Assembly: GCA_963702005.1 (NCBI GenBank)
Contig: OY969696.1
Span: forward strand, 1,312,001-1,376,000
Source: Candidatus Aminicenantes bacterium
GTDB lineage: Bacteria; Acidobacteriota; Aminicenantia; Aminicenantales; JAFGBC01
Length of the DNA stretch: 64,000 bases
Direction of reading: 5' to 3'
Below the pieces are notes generated by a model. It did no database searches. It was not told the DNA's origin and saw only the letters and a program-made list of their open reading frames with translations. This document shows positions 8,599 to 16,697 of the stretch, one piece after another. The first letter of the stretch is position 1. Each line of letters begins with the position of its first letter. Made by a program: the position numbers and the translations under genes.

Positions 8599-10863
8599 AT
8601 GACCCCGAGTGCGGAACATGAGTTGAACGAGATCCTCAGAAAGGAACTCCTGGCACCGGGCATCGTGCTTTTCGAGATCTCCGCGCCCCTCATCGCCCGG
8701 ACGGTCCAGGCCGGCCAGTTCGTCGTCGTTCGGGCCGACGATTACGCGGAGCGGATCCCCTTGACGGTGGCCGACCGTCACCTCGAGAAGGAGACGATCA
8801 CCCTGATCGTCCAGATCATCGGCCTCTCCACGCGAAAAATGGAGCAGCTCCAGGTCGGGGACGCGTTCCTCGACGTCGTCGGACCCCTGGGGAGGCCGAC
8901 GGAGGTCCGGAAGGCCGGGACCGTCGTGTGCATCGGGGGGGGCGTCGGCGTCGCGCCCGTCTACCCTATCACCAAGGCCTTCCGCGAGGCCGGGAACCGG
9001 ATCATCTCCATCATCGGCGCCCGGAACAAGGAGATGATCATCCTGGAAAAGGAGATGCGGGCCGTAAGCGACGAGCTTTTTGTGACTACGGACGACGGGA
9101 CGGTCGGACGCCACGGGTTCGTGACGGACGAGCTCCAGCGACTCGTCGCCGACCAGACGCCGATCGACCTCGTGGTCGCCGTCGGTCCCGGGGTCATGAT
9201 GAGGGCCGTATGCGATGTGACCAGGAAAATCGGGATCCCGACGGTCGTCAGCTTGAACTCCCTGATGGTGGACGGGACCGGTATGTGCGGCAGCTGCCGG
9301 ATCACCGTGGGGGACCAGACGAAATTCGTCTGCGTCGACGGTCCCGAGTTCGACGGCCACCGGGTGGATTTCCAGGAGCTCCTCAAGCGGTCGGAAATGT
9401 ACAAGCGCGAGGAGCATCGGGCCATCTGGGACCATGAGTGCCGGCTTTTGGCCGCCGAGAAAATGCTGGAAAAGGCCAACAAGCGGGAGGCCATGCCGAA
9501 GCAGGACCCCAAGCTCCGGGTCCAGAACTTCAACGAGGTCGCCCTGGGCTACACCAAGGAGCGAACCCTGCGCGAAGCCTCGCGCTGCCTCGGCTGCAAG
9601 AAGTCGCCCTGTGTGGCCGGATGCCCCGTCGATATCGACATCCCGGGTTTCATCGCCCTCATCCGAAAGGGTGATTTCATCGGCGCCATCCACAAGATCA
9701 AGGAAAAGAACAGCCTGCCGGCCATCTGCGGACGCGTCTGTCCTCAGGAGGTCCAGTGCGAGACGGCCTGCGTGCTGTCCAAAAAAGGCCAGCCCATCGC
9801 CATCGGCCGGCTGGAACGATTCGTGGCCGACTACGAGTTCCAGCAAGGCGACGTCCGCGTGCCGAAGCGCCCGAGCCCGACCGGGAAAAAGGTCGCCGTC
9901 ATCGGGGCCGGCCCCGCGGGCCTGACGGCGGCCAGCGACCTCATCAAAATGGGGCACGGCGTCACGGTCTTCGAGGCCCTCCACAGGGCGGGGGGTGTCC
10001 TGGTCTATGGGATCCCCGAGTTCCGCCTCCCTAAATGGATCGTCCAACGCGAGAGCGAATATATCGCCAAGCTCGGAGCCGAGATCCGGGTCAGCCAGGT
10101 CGTCGGGAAATCCTTCACCGTCAACGACCTTTTCCGGAACGGGTATGACGCCGTCTTCATCGGAACCGGCGCCGGACTGCCGCACTTCATGAAGATCCCG
10201 GGCGAGAACCTCAACGGGGTTTACTCGGCCAACGAGTTCCTGACTCGGGTGAACCTTATGAAGGCCTATCTTTTTCCCGAATTCCATACGCCCGTCCACT
10301 ATGGTCGGAACATCGCCGTCGTGGGCGGGGGGAACGTGGCCATGGATTCCGCCCGGACCTCGCTCCGCCTGGGGGCGGAGAACGTCTATTTGATCTACCG
10401 CCGGGCGAGAGAGCAGATGCCGGCCCGCGAGGAAGAGATCGAGAATGCCTTTGAGGAGGGCGTCCAGCCGCGTTTGCTGACCGCTCCCGTTCGCATTCTG
10501 GGGAATGAGCGGGGCTGGGTGAAGGGGATCGAGTGCGTCCAGATGGAGCTGGGCGAGCCCGATGAATCGGGCCGCAGGCGGCCTCTCCCCAAAAAAGGCT
10601 CGGAACACGTCATCGATGTCGATATGGTCATCATGGCCATCGGCCAGGGCCCCAATCCCTTGCTGACCTCGACGACACCCGACCTAAAGCTGACCAAGAC
10701 CGGGAATATTGTCGCCGACGAAGCCACGGGAAAGACCTCGAAAAAGGGCGTCTTTGCCGGCGGCGATATCGTCACGGGCGCGGCCACGGTCATCTTGGCC
10801 ATGGGGGCGGGCAAAAAAGCGGCCCAAGCGATCGACGCCTACCTGAAGGATGGACAATGGTGA
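8599..10863 (+). CDS. nfnAB: Fused NfnA-NfnB electron-bifurcating transhydrogenase-like protein (SudB/PyrK-like domain + GltD-like domain)
   Basis: GGGVGVAP, DGTGMCGSCR, CVDGPEF (NfnA); CLGC..CVAGCP, CGRVCPQE, GAGPAG, GGGNVAMD, FAGGD (NfnB). Confidence 0.85.
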   Translation: MTPSAEHELNEILRKELLAPGIVLFEISAPLIARTVQAGQFVVVRADDYAERIPLTVADRHLEKETITLIVQIIGLSTRKMEQLQVGDAFLDVVGPLGRPTEVRKAGTVVCIGGGVGVAPVYPITKAFREAGNRIISIIGARNKEMIILEKEMRAVSDELFVTTDDGTVGRHGFVTDELQRLVADQTPIDLVVAVGPGVMMRAVCDVTRKIGIPTVVSLNSLMVDGTGMCGSCRITVGDQTKFVCVDGPEFDGHRVDFQELLKRSEMYKREEHRAIWDHECRLLAAEKMLEKANKREAMPKQDPKLRVQNFNEVALGYTKERTLREASRCLGCKKSPCVAGCPVDIDIPGFIALIRKGDFIGAIHKIKEKNSLPAICGRVCPQEVQCETACVLSKKGQPIAIGRLERFVADYEFQQGDVRVPKRPSPTGKKVAVIGAGPAGLTAASDLIKMGHGVTVFEALHRAGGVLVYGIPEFRLPKWIVQRESEYIAKLGAEIRVSQVVGKSFTVNDLFRNGYDAVFIGTGAGLPHFMKIPGENLNGVYSANEFLTRVNLMKAYLFPEFHTPVHYGRNIAVVGGGNVAMDSARTSLRLGAENVYLIYRRAREQMPAREEEIENAFEEGVQPRLLTAPVRILGNERGWVKGIECVQMELGEPDESGRRRPLPKKGSEHVIDVDMVIMAIGQGPNPLLTSTTPDLKLTKTGNIVADEATGKTSKKGVFAGGDIVTGAATVILAMGAGKKAAQAIDAYLKDGQW

Positions 10864-11148
10864 CGCCCCCTACTCTGTCATCCCGCCGGATTTCCGCCGC
10901 TTTTGAGCGTCTCTGCGGCCTTTGAGTCCGCCTTCAGCTATTTCGAGCGCAACTTGAAATCTGACGACTCTACGACTTATCATCCCTCTTCGCTCATCCA
11001 GTCAGCGCAGCAGAAAAGGAAATTATTATCCCTCCCGCCGCAAGACAGAAGCTGAAGTGTTCACCCGCCGGCTGGAAGAGGGGCAGGTCAAGGTCTTCGT
11101 AACGTCAAATCGCTGCTGGCTGGAAGAATGAGCTTTATTATTCCCTGT

Positions 11149-11928
11149 TTAGATCTTTTTTCCCGGCGGGTCAGGTTGAGGGCTCAACTGCGTAGGTGTA
11201 AAGATGATCGTAAAAGGAAGCCAGGTGGGTTCATCATCGATGACAACATAATCTGTAGGCGGTAACTTTGAAGCCGCTTCTTTGGTCAGTGTTTTAAGGC
11301 CCTGAAGAATCCCATGCGTGCCGATTATCTTTTCCGGGGGGTCTGGGTTGATGACCTCGATCGAGCCGACCGTGCCCTTGGCTCGGTCGAAGTTTATGAC
11401 TTCCGCGGTCTTTCTATCGGGAAGAAGGAACTTGAAATGGCCTTGGCCAAGCTTTTCTGCTTTCGTTCCTTTGGGCAGGATAAAAGACTGCTTTTCGGGC
11501 AGCTTGGCGCAGGGCTTCAACATAACGGCCAGGGTATTGTCGAGCTCGTTAGACTCCCTTATATAGTTTCCAAAATCCGTTTCAACTTTGACATTGATCG
11601 TTGAGGTTATGAAATAGGGTGCGAGATAGGTGGATGTCCCGCCCGGTTTCTCGATGCCTCCCCCTGTCGAAGAGGCGGCGCTTTTAAGGTCGATGGAATC
11701 GAATAATGTTGCGCTGTTGATCCACACATGCGATTTTCCAAACCATCCCTTCGCTAGAGGAGCATTGCTTGGATTGGCGATCGTAAAAGAGAGCTGGTTT
11801 TTAGGCGGCAGGCATTCTATTTTGGAGACAACGATATTTGGAAGAGGTTGAGCGAAGACGGAGCTCATGGTCACGGAGAACAAGGCGGCAGACGCCAAAG
11901 CCCACAATAAGATCTTATCTTTTTTCAT
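11149..11928 (-). CDS. Secreted hypothetical protein with CARDB-like domain and C-terminal LSPQPDPP motif
   Basis: Signal peptide; PNIVVS...ESNELDN CARDB-like signature; visibly lower GC than flanks. Confidence 0.6.
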   Translation of the reverse strand: MKKDKILLWALASAALFSVTMSSVFAQPLPNIVVSKIECLPPKNQLSFTIANPSNAPLAKGWFGKSHVWINSATLFDSIDLKSAASSTGGGIEKPGGTSTYLAPYFITSTINVKVETDFGNYIRESNELDNTLAVMLKPCAKLPEKQSFILPKGTKAEKLGQGHFKFLLPDRKTAEVINFDRAKGTVGSIEVINPDPPEKIIGTHGILQGLKTLTKEAASKLPPTDYVVIDDEPTWLPFTIIFTPTQLSPQPDPPGKKI

Positions 11929-12043
11929 TTTTCACTCTCCTGAGGCGATAAAACTTATAATAATACCGATTGTTAAATCGGATTTGTGCTCGGATTAAGT
12001 TTCCCCTTCTAAAGCCCTTATCTTCTCTCTGATGGGCATTATC

Positions 12044-12072
12044 AATATAGAACCCGCAAGGGGAAATGTCAA
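12044..12072 (-). promoter_or_regulatory. Putative sigma70 promoter
   Basis: Minus-strand TTGACA-17 bp-TATATT upstream of 11928. Confidence 0.6.
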
Positions 12073-12233
12073 CCGATTGAAGAATAGGAATTTCCATGGT
12101 ATTGGCCTGCCGCCTGAAAAAACCAGGCAAAGATCACGGCGACTTCCTCAGGCTGCTGGTTTAGCATTATGCCCTTTGGCAAGTGACGGATTTATTGATA
12201 ATATTAATAAGAAAATATTTGGGGAGGTGGACT

Positions 12234-13646
12234 ATGAAAATACTGCTTGGACAAGGTTTCAATTGGGGCAAAAAGTTGACTGACAAGCATGGGCCGCAAG
12301 GACATCGGCGCGGGCGGCCTGGCTTGCTGGCGGCTGTTATCATGACGGTGCTGGCGATGTTGGCATCGGGGACAGCCCAGTCAGGCGAAGCGGCCAGCGC
12401 GCAGAAGCCGCTGGTCATGGTGATCAAAGCGGCCCGCCTGATCGACGGGTTATCGGACGGCGTGCGGCAGGGAGTGGCCGTGCTGGTCGAGGGCCAGCGG
12501 ATCAAGGCCGTCGGCCCGGCGGCTGCGATCATAGCCCAGGCGCCCAAGGAGGCCCGTGTCATTGACCTGGCCGGGGCCACACTGTTGCCCGGCTTGATCG
12601 ACAACCACACCCATATCCTGCTGCAGGGCGATCTCACGGCGGCCGACTATGACGACCAGCTCCTCAAGGAGAGCATCCCCTACCGGACGATCCGGGCCAC
12701 CATGGCCGTGCGGGCTTCGCTCCTCAACGGCTTCACTACCCTGCGCGACGTCGAGACCGAGGGGGCCATGTACGCCGACGTGGACATCAAGACCGCCATC
12801 AATAAAGGGGTCATTCCCGGCCCGCGGCTGTTTGTCTCGACACGGGCCATGACCCCCACCGGAATGTATCCGCTCTCGGGCTATTCCTGGGAGCTGAAGG
12901 TGCCCGAGGGCGTGCAGATCGTGGACGGCCCGGACAACATCCGCCGGGCGGTGCGGGAACAGGTGAAGTACGGCGCCGACTGGATCAAGTTCTACGCCGA
13001 CCGCAAATACTTTCTAGGCTCTGACGGCCGGCTGCGCTCCTGGGTGGATTTCACCGATGAGGAGATGCGGGCGCTGGTGGACGAGACGCACCGCTTAGGC
13101 AAGAAGGTCGCAGCCCACACCATCGGCTGGGACGGCATCGATGCGGCGCTGCGCATGGGCGTGGATACCATCGAGCACGGGGACGGCCTCACCGACGACC
13201 TTATCGACCGCGCCGTCAAGCAAAAGGTGTTCTGGTGTCCGACCATTTACGTGGGCGTCTCTGTGGCCGGGCCTCGGGGCGGGATCTGGCCGAAGATGGT
13301 CGAGCTGGAGCGCATTGCCTTCGGCAAGGCGGTGGCCAAGGGGATGCTGATTTCCTTCGGCACCGACGCCGGCGGCTTTCCCTGGACTGAGAATCAGGCC
13401 AAGGAATTTTCCTACATGGTGCGCTACGGCATGACGCCCATGCAGGCGATCAAATCGGCGACTTCGGTCGCGGCGCAGCTGTTGGGCCAGGAGGAGAATC
13501 TCGGCTCGGTGGCGCCGGGCCGGTTGGCCGACCTCGTGGCGGTCGCCGGCGACCCGCTCAAGGACATCACTGAGCTCGAGCGGGTCACCTTCGTCATGAA
13601 GGACGGTCTTGTCTACAAAGGTTCCGGCGCCCGGCCCTGCGATTGA
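12234..13646 (+). CDS. Metal-dependent amidohydrolase (Xaa-Pro dipeptidase-like), probably exported; start uncertain
   Basis: PGLIDNHTH, GFTTLRD, IEHG, FGTDAG, ADLVAV motifs; GGAGGT RBS before 12234. Confidence 0.88.
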   Translation: MKILLGQGFNWGKKLTDKHGPQGHRRGRPGLLAAVIMTVLAMLASGTAQSGEAASAQKPLVMVIKAARLIDGLSDGVRQGVAVLVEGQRIKAVGPAAAIIAQAPKEARVIDLAGATLLPGLIDNHTHILLQGDLTAADYDDQLLKESIPYRTIRATMAVRASLLNGFTTLRDVETEGAMYADVDIKTAINKGVIPGPRLFVSTRAMTPTGMYPLSGYSWELKVPEGVQIVDGPDNIRRAVREQVKYGADWIKFYADRKYFLGSDGRLRSWVDFTDEEMRALVDETHRLGKKVAAHTIGWDGIDAALRMGVDTIEHGDGLTDDLIDRAVKQKVFWCPTIYVGVSVAGPRGGIWPKMVELERIAFGKAVAKGMLISFGTDAGGFPWTENQAKEFSYMVRYGMTPMQAIKSATSVAAQLLGQEENLGSVAPGRLADLVAVAGDPLKDITELERVTFVMKDGLVYKGSGARPCD

Positions 13647-13660
13647 CCAATGGTACCCGG

Positions 13661-13982
13661 GAAGTGAAGAACCCCCGGCGCTGGTGGTGCGCTGGGCAAC
13701 GTGACGCGGCTACGCAACCATCCCTTCCTGGCCCTGTGGTGCGGGAATAACGAGGTCTACATCGGCTGGAAAGACTGGAATTGGCCTCAACAGATGGGCA
13801 TCGAGCACCGGGATAGACTTTGGCAGGCCTACCAGAAAGTTTTCGGCCAGATCCTGCCGGAGGTGGTGGCCGGGCTCGACCCGGCCCGTTTCTTCTGGCC
13901 TTCTTCGCCCAAGCAGGGCTGGGGGTATCCGGTTAACACCGACGGGGATGTCCATTACTGGGGGTCTGGCACGGACAGGAGC
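13661..13982 (+). pseudogene. Collapsed remnant of a GH2 beta-mannosidase
   Basis: VKNPRRWWC abuts RLRNHPFLALWCGNNE...PSSP...GDVHYWG, followed by a frameshifted VWHGQE. Confidence 0.75.
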
Positions 13983-14065
13983 AGGTAGCTAGTTTTTGCT
14001 GAGGGCCTCCGACGTCGATTCCAGTCTTGGATTGCCAGCTTGTTGATAGATGTCCGATAATGGCT

Positions 14066-14186
14066 AAAAGGGCGACTTTGCCGGCGGCGATATCGTCACG
14101 GGCGCGGCCACGGTCATCTTGGCCATGGGGGCGGGCAAAAAAGCGGCCCAAGCGATCGACGCCTACCTGAAGGATGGACAGTGGTG
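14066..14186 (+). repeat. Near-identical direct copy of the 3' end of nfnAB (10742-10862)
   Basis: About 120 bp with 2 mismatches by manual alignment; weaker similarity continues to ~14210. Confidence 0.95.
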
Positions 14187-14232
14187 CCCCCCTCTGTTCG
14201 GCCATCCCGCGTCCTCCTTTGATTTTCCGGAC

Positions 14233-14307
14233 TTCCGCGCCGTTCCCTACTGTGCCTGGGCCAACCGCGGCGCCAGCGAGATGGTCGTTTGGCTCCCGCG
14301 GCAATAA
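14233..14307 (+). pseudogene. Diverged copy of the last 25 codons of the GH127 gene (3661-3735)
   Basis: FRAVPYCAWANRGASEMVVWLPRQ* vs FHAIPYYVWANRGAGEMAVWLSRK*; 58/75 nt identical by manual count, ungapped. Confidence 0.85.
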
Positions 14308-14360
14308 TAAGGAATCCGGATTATTTGACGGTCGTAAAGGCGAGGCCGCCGAAAATTTTC

Positions 14361-14389
14361 TTGACAATTCCCGGCGATCGGCCTATCGT
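14361..14389 (+). promoter_or_regulatory. Putative sigma70 promoter
   Basis: TTGACA-17 bp-TATCGT upstream of GAGGGG RBS and ATG 14409. Confidence 0.55.
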
Positions 14390-14408
14390 CGAAATGGTTC
14401 GAGGGGTC

Positions 14409-15086
14409 ATGGCTTATACGGCTCGGGAGCTGCATCTCGATTATTTTCAAATCTACGATATCGTGAACCTGGAGCTGTCGGGGAGGATCAAGGTCTACGG
14501 TCAGTTCGACAAGGAGGACAGGATCTGTCGAGTTCTGGGGCTGGATTGGTTCGCGAATCCGGTCGTCAAGAACCGGGAACCCTTGTTCGATCGCCAGGCT
14601 CACCTGGCGGGATACAGAATTTATCCCTCTGCGCCCGAACCCACCCGGCGGATCGCCTTCGTCAACCAGTTCGGCGAACAGCGCATCATCATCGGCAACG
14701 CTTTCGCCCTGCTGGCGCCGTCCGAGAAGATCGAGCCGGGAAGCGCGTTCCCCAAGAGCCTCAGCCATTTCATCGTCTACCAAGTCCTGGAAGGGAAGTC
14801 CGTTGAAAAGACGATCGGGCTCAAGGATCAATTCGGCCCGTCCCGAGCCGCGATCATGAGTCCGTCCGGGTTCGCGGTTCCCGTCAGAAAAACGTACGGT
14901 TCCGCCGTCTATCCGGCCGTGAACAACAAAGTCCATCTGGTCCTCTACGGGATCACGCCGCGGACCGTCGAAAAAAGCTGCGTCGCCGGCGATCAGTTCG
15001 AAAAGCGGAAAGTCAGAATCGTGCGGAGCGTCCTGCTGGCCGCGCCGACGCTCAAGCGAAGGTGGAGCGTCAAGGACGGGCTTTAG
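14409..15086 (+). CDS. Hypothetical protein with four internal (D/N/G)QF repeats
   Basis: Repeats GQFD..NPVVK, NQFG..APSEK, DQFG..VPVRK, DQFE..APTLK; the first three are followed by H-x4-Y. Confidence 0.65.
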   Translation: MAYTARELHLDYFQIYDIVNLELSGRIKVYGQFDKEDRICRVLGLDWFANPVVKNREPLFDRQAHLAGYRIYPSAPEPTRRIAFVNQFGEQRIIIGNAFALLAPSEKIEPGSAFPKSLSHFIVYQVLEGKSVEKTIGLKDQFGPSRAAIMSPSGFAVPVRKTYGSAVYPAVNNKVHLVLYGITPRTVEKSCVAGDQFEKRKVRIVRSVLLAAPTLKRRWSVKDGL

Positions 15087-15122
15087 ACGGCCGCGAGGCG
15101 CTGGTTCGGATCCTCTCCCGGC

Positions 15123-16289
15123 TCACTTGGCGTAAAACTTGTGGACGGTTAAGCTTTCGTACTTCTGCCCGGGCCGTAGGATCGTCGACGGAAAAGAGGG
15201 CTGGTTGGGGGAGTCGGGGAAGTGCTGGGTCTCAAGGCAGAACCCAAACTGCTTCTGGTAGACTTTTCCGCCCTTCCCGGTGATCGTGCCGTCCAGGAAG
15301 TTCCCGGCGTAGAACTGGAGGCCCGGCTCGGTCGTCGAGATCTCCATGACGCGGCCGGTCCTCGGCTCGGAGACGCGGGCCGCCAGGGCGAGCCGGCCGC
15401 CGCCGCCGCGGAGGACGAAGTTGTGGTCGTATCCGCCCGGGACCTGGGCGATCCGGGCGCCGATGACCGCGGGCTTCGTGAAATCGAACGGAGTCCCGGC
15501 CACGGGCGCGATCTGGCCGGTCGGGATCAGGCCTTCGTCGACGAGGGTGTAGCTCGGCGCGTCGATCATGAGCTCGTGCCCGAGGATGTCGCCGCTGCCC
15601 TGGCCGGCCAGGTTGAAGTAGCTGTGGTGGGTCAGGTTGACGGGCGTCGCCTTGTCCGCCTCGGCCTGATAACGGATGCTGAGTTCGTCCCCGTCGGTCA
15701 GAAGATAGGTCACGCTGACCCGAAGGTTCCCCGGATAGCCCTCCTCGCCGTCGCGACTCAGGTAGGCGAACTTGACGCCGCGGGCGTCCTGGGCCGAGAC
15801 AGGCTCGGCCGTCCAAAGGGCCTTATCGAATCCCTTGAGGCCGCCGTGGAGGTGATTGGGTCCGTTATTGGCCGCCAGCTTGTATTCCACGCCGTCGAGC
15901 GTGAAGCGGCCCTTGGCGATCCGGTTCCCGTAGCGTCCCACGATGCAGCCGAAGTAAGGAGACGACTTGAGGTACCCGTCGAGCGAGTCGAAACCGAGCA
16001 CGATATCCCCCAGCCGGGCCTTCCGGTCCGGGGTTTCGAGCGAGACGAGGATCCCGCCGTAGTTGATGAGCCGGGCTTTGAGGCCGTTTTTATTCACGAG
16101 CGTATAGACTTCGACCCGGCGGCCATCGGGGAGAGTTCCAAAAGTTCCCTTGAGGACGTCCATGGCGGTGCCTCCTTCCTGTGAGATCGAAATTCGCGCG
16201 GCGCGGTTTCGGCCCTGCCCTGCCCAGGCCGGTATGGCCAGGGCGGCGGCGAGCACGACAAGAAACGCCCTTAATTTCCGCTGTTTCAT
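15123..16289 (-). CDS. galM: Aldose 1-epimerase with signal peptide
   Basis: GRYGNRI, HLHGG, GYPG, HSYFNL, GYDHNF, CLETQHFPD motifs. Confidence 0.93.
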   Translation of the reverse strand: MKQRKLRAFLVVLAAALAIPAWAGQGRNRAARISISQEGGTAMDVLKGTFGTLPDGRRVEVYTLVNKNGLKARLINYGGILVSLETPDRKARLGDIVLGFDSLDGYLKSSPYFGCIVGRYGNRIAKGRFTLDGVEYKLAANNGPNHLHGGLKGFDKALWTAEPVSAQDARGVKFAYLSRDGEEGYPGNLRVSVTYLLTDGDELSIRYQAEADKATPVNLTHHSYFNLAGQGSGDILGHELMIDAPSYTLVDEGLIPTGQIAPVAGTPFDFTKPAVIGARIAQVPGGYDHNFVLRGGGGRLALAARVSEPRTGRVMEISTTEPGLQFYAGNFLDGTITGKGGKVYQKQFGFCLETQHFPDSPNQPSFPSTILRPGQKYESLTVHKFYAK

Positions 16290-16302
16290 CCTGCCCTCCT
16301 TA

Positions 16303-16414
16303 TTGACCCGTTCGCCGACGCCAAGCCCCGCCTTTCAAGGCGGGGATGAGAGCGAGGCTCAGGGTTAATCATGAACAAGCCCCGGCCTTCAGGCCGGGGA
16401 GTCGATGATTTGAC
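16303..16414 (-). mobile_element. Non-autonomous palindromic element, family A copy 1
   Basis: TTGACCCGTTCGCCGACG end, hairpins CCCCGCC-TTTCAA-GGCGGGG and CCCCGGCC-TTCA-GGCCGGGG, terminal TTGAC; related to 40085 and 57991. Confidence 0.7.
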
Positions 16415-16438
16415 TTCACCGTTGATATAGGGTAAAAA
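16410..16438 (+). promoter_or_regulatory. Putative ara operon promoter whose -35 overlaps the element end
   Basis: TTGACT-17 bp-TAAAAT. Confidence 0.55.
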
Positions 16439-16514
16439 TAACAGAGCATGGCCAGGCAGTCAAAACGAAAGGGTTTCGAATTAGCGCGAGGATTTTCGCC
16501 TTGTTTTTTTATCA

Positions 16515-16530
16515 TTTGCGTTAACGTAAA
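16515..16530. promoter_or_regulatory. Candidate operator palindrome upstream of araB
   Basis: TTTGCGTTAACGTAAA, near-perfect 16-bp dyad in an AT-rich intergenic region. Confidence 0.3.
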
Positions 16531-16697
16531 CATCTTTGTATCTCTTTTCAGGGACGATTTCAAGCCCCAAGGATAGATAAGGATGCGATCCCTGCTCGCT
16601 TTTATTATCCCCTTGGGCCGGTATATGATAGGGACCGAAAAGGAAGGATGGATTTCCACCGCTCGGTCAAGGTCGGCCCGATGAGCTTGGAGGCGCG

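Noticed and set aside
8578-10608. Long antisense ORFs (e.g. 8578-10608, 16605-18536, 35025-37007, 29186-30697)
   Set aside because: They shadow well-supported genes on the opposite strand; expected from high-GC codon bias; no motifs
8599-10863. Glutamate synthase small subunit
   Set aside because: No gltB nearby, and the N-terminal NfnA-like domain points to an Nfn-type enzyme
10864-11148. Possible ncRNA in the intergenic region after nfnAB
   Set aside because: No convincing stem pattern or known RNA motif recognised by eye
14119-14307. 62-aa ORF as a real small gene
   Set aside because: It is a chance in-frame fusion of the displaced nfn tail and GH127 tail
3661-14307. Diverged gene-tail copies as DGR template/variable repeats
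   Set aside because: Mismatches are not confined to adenines and no reverse transcriptase is in the window
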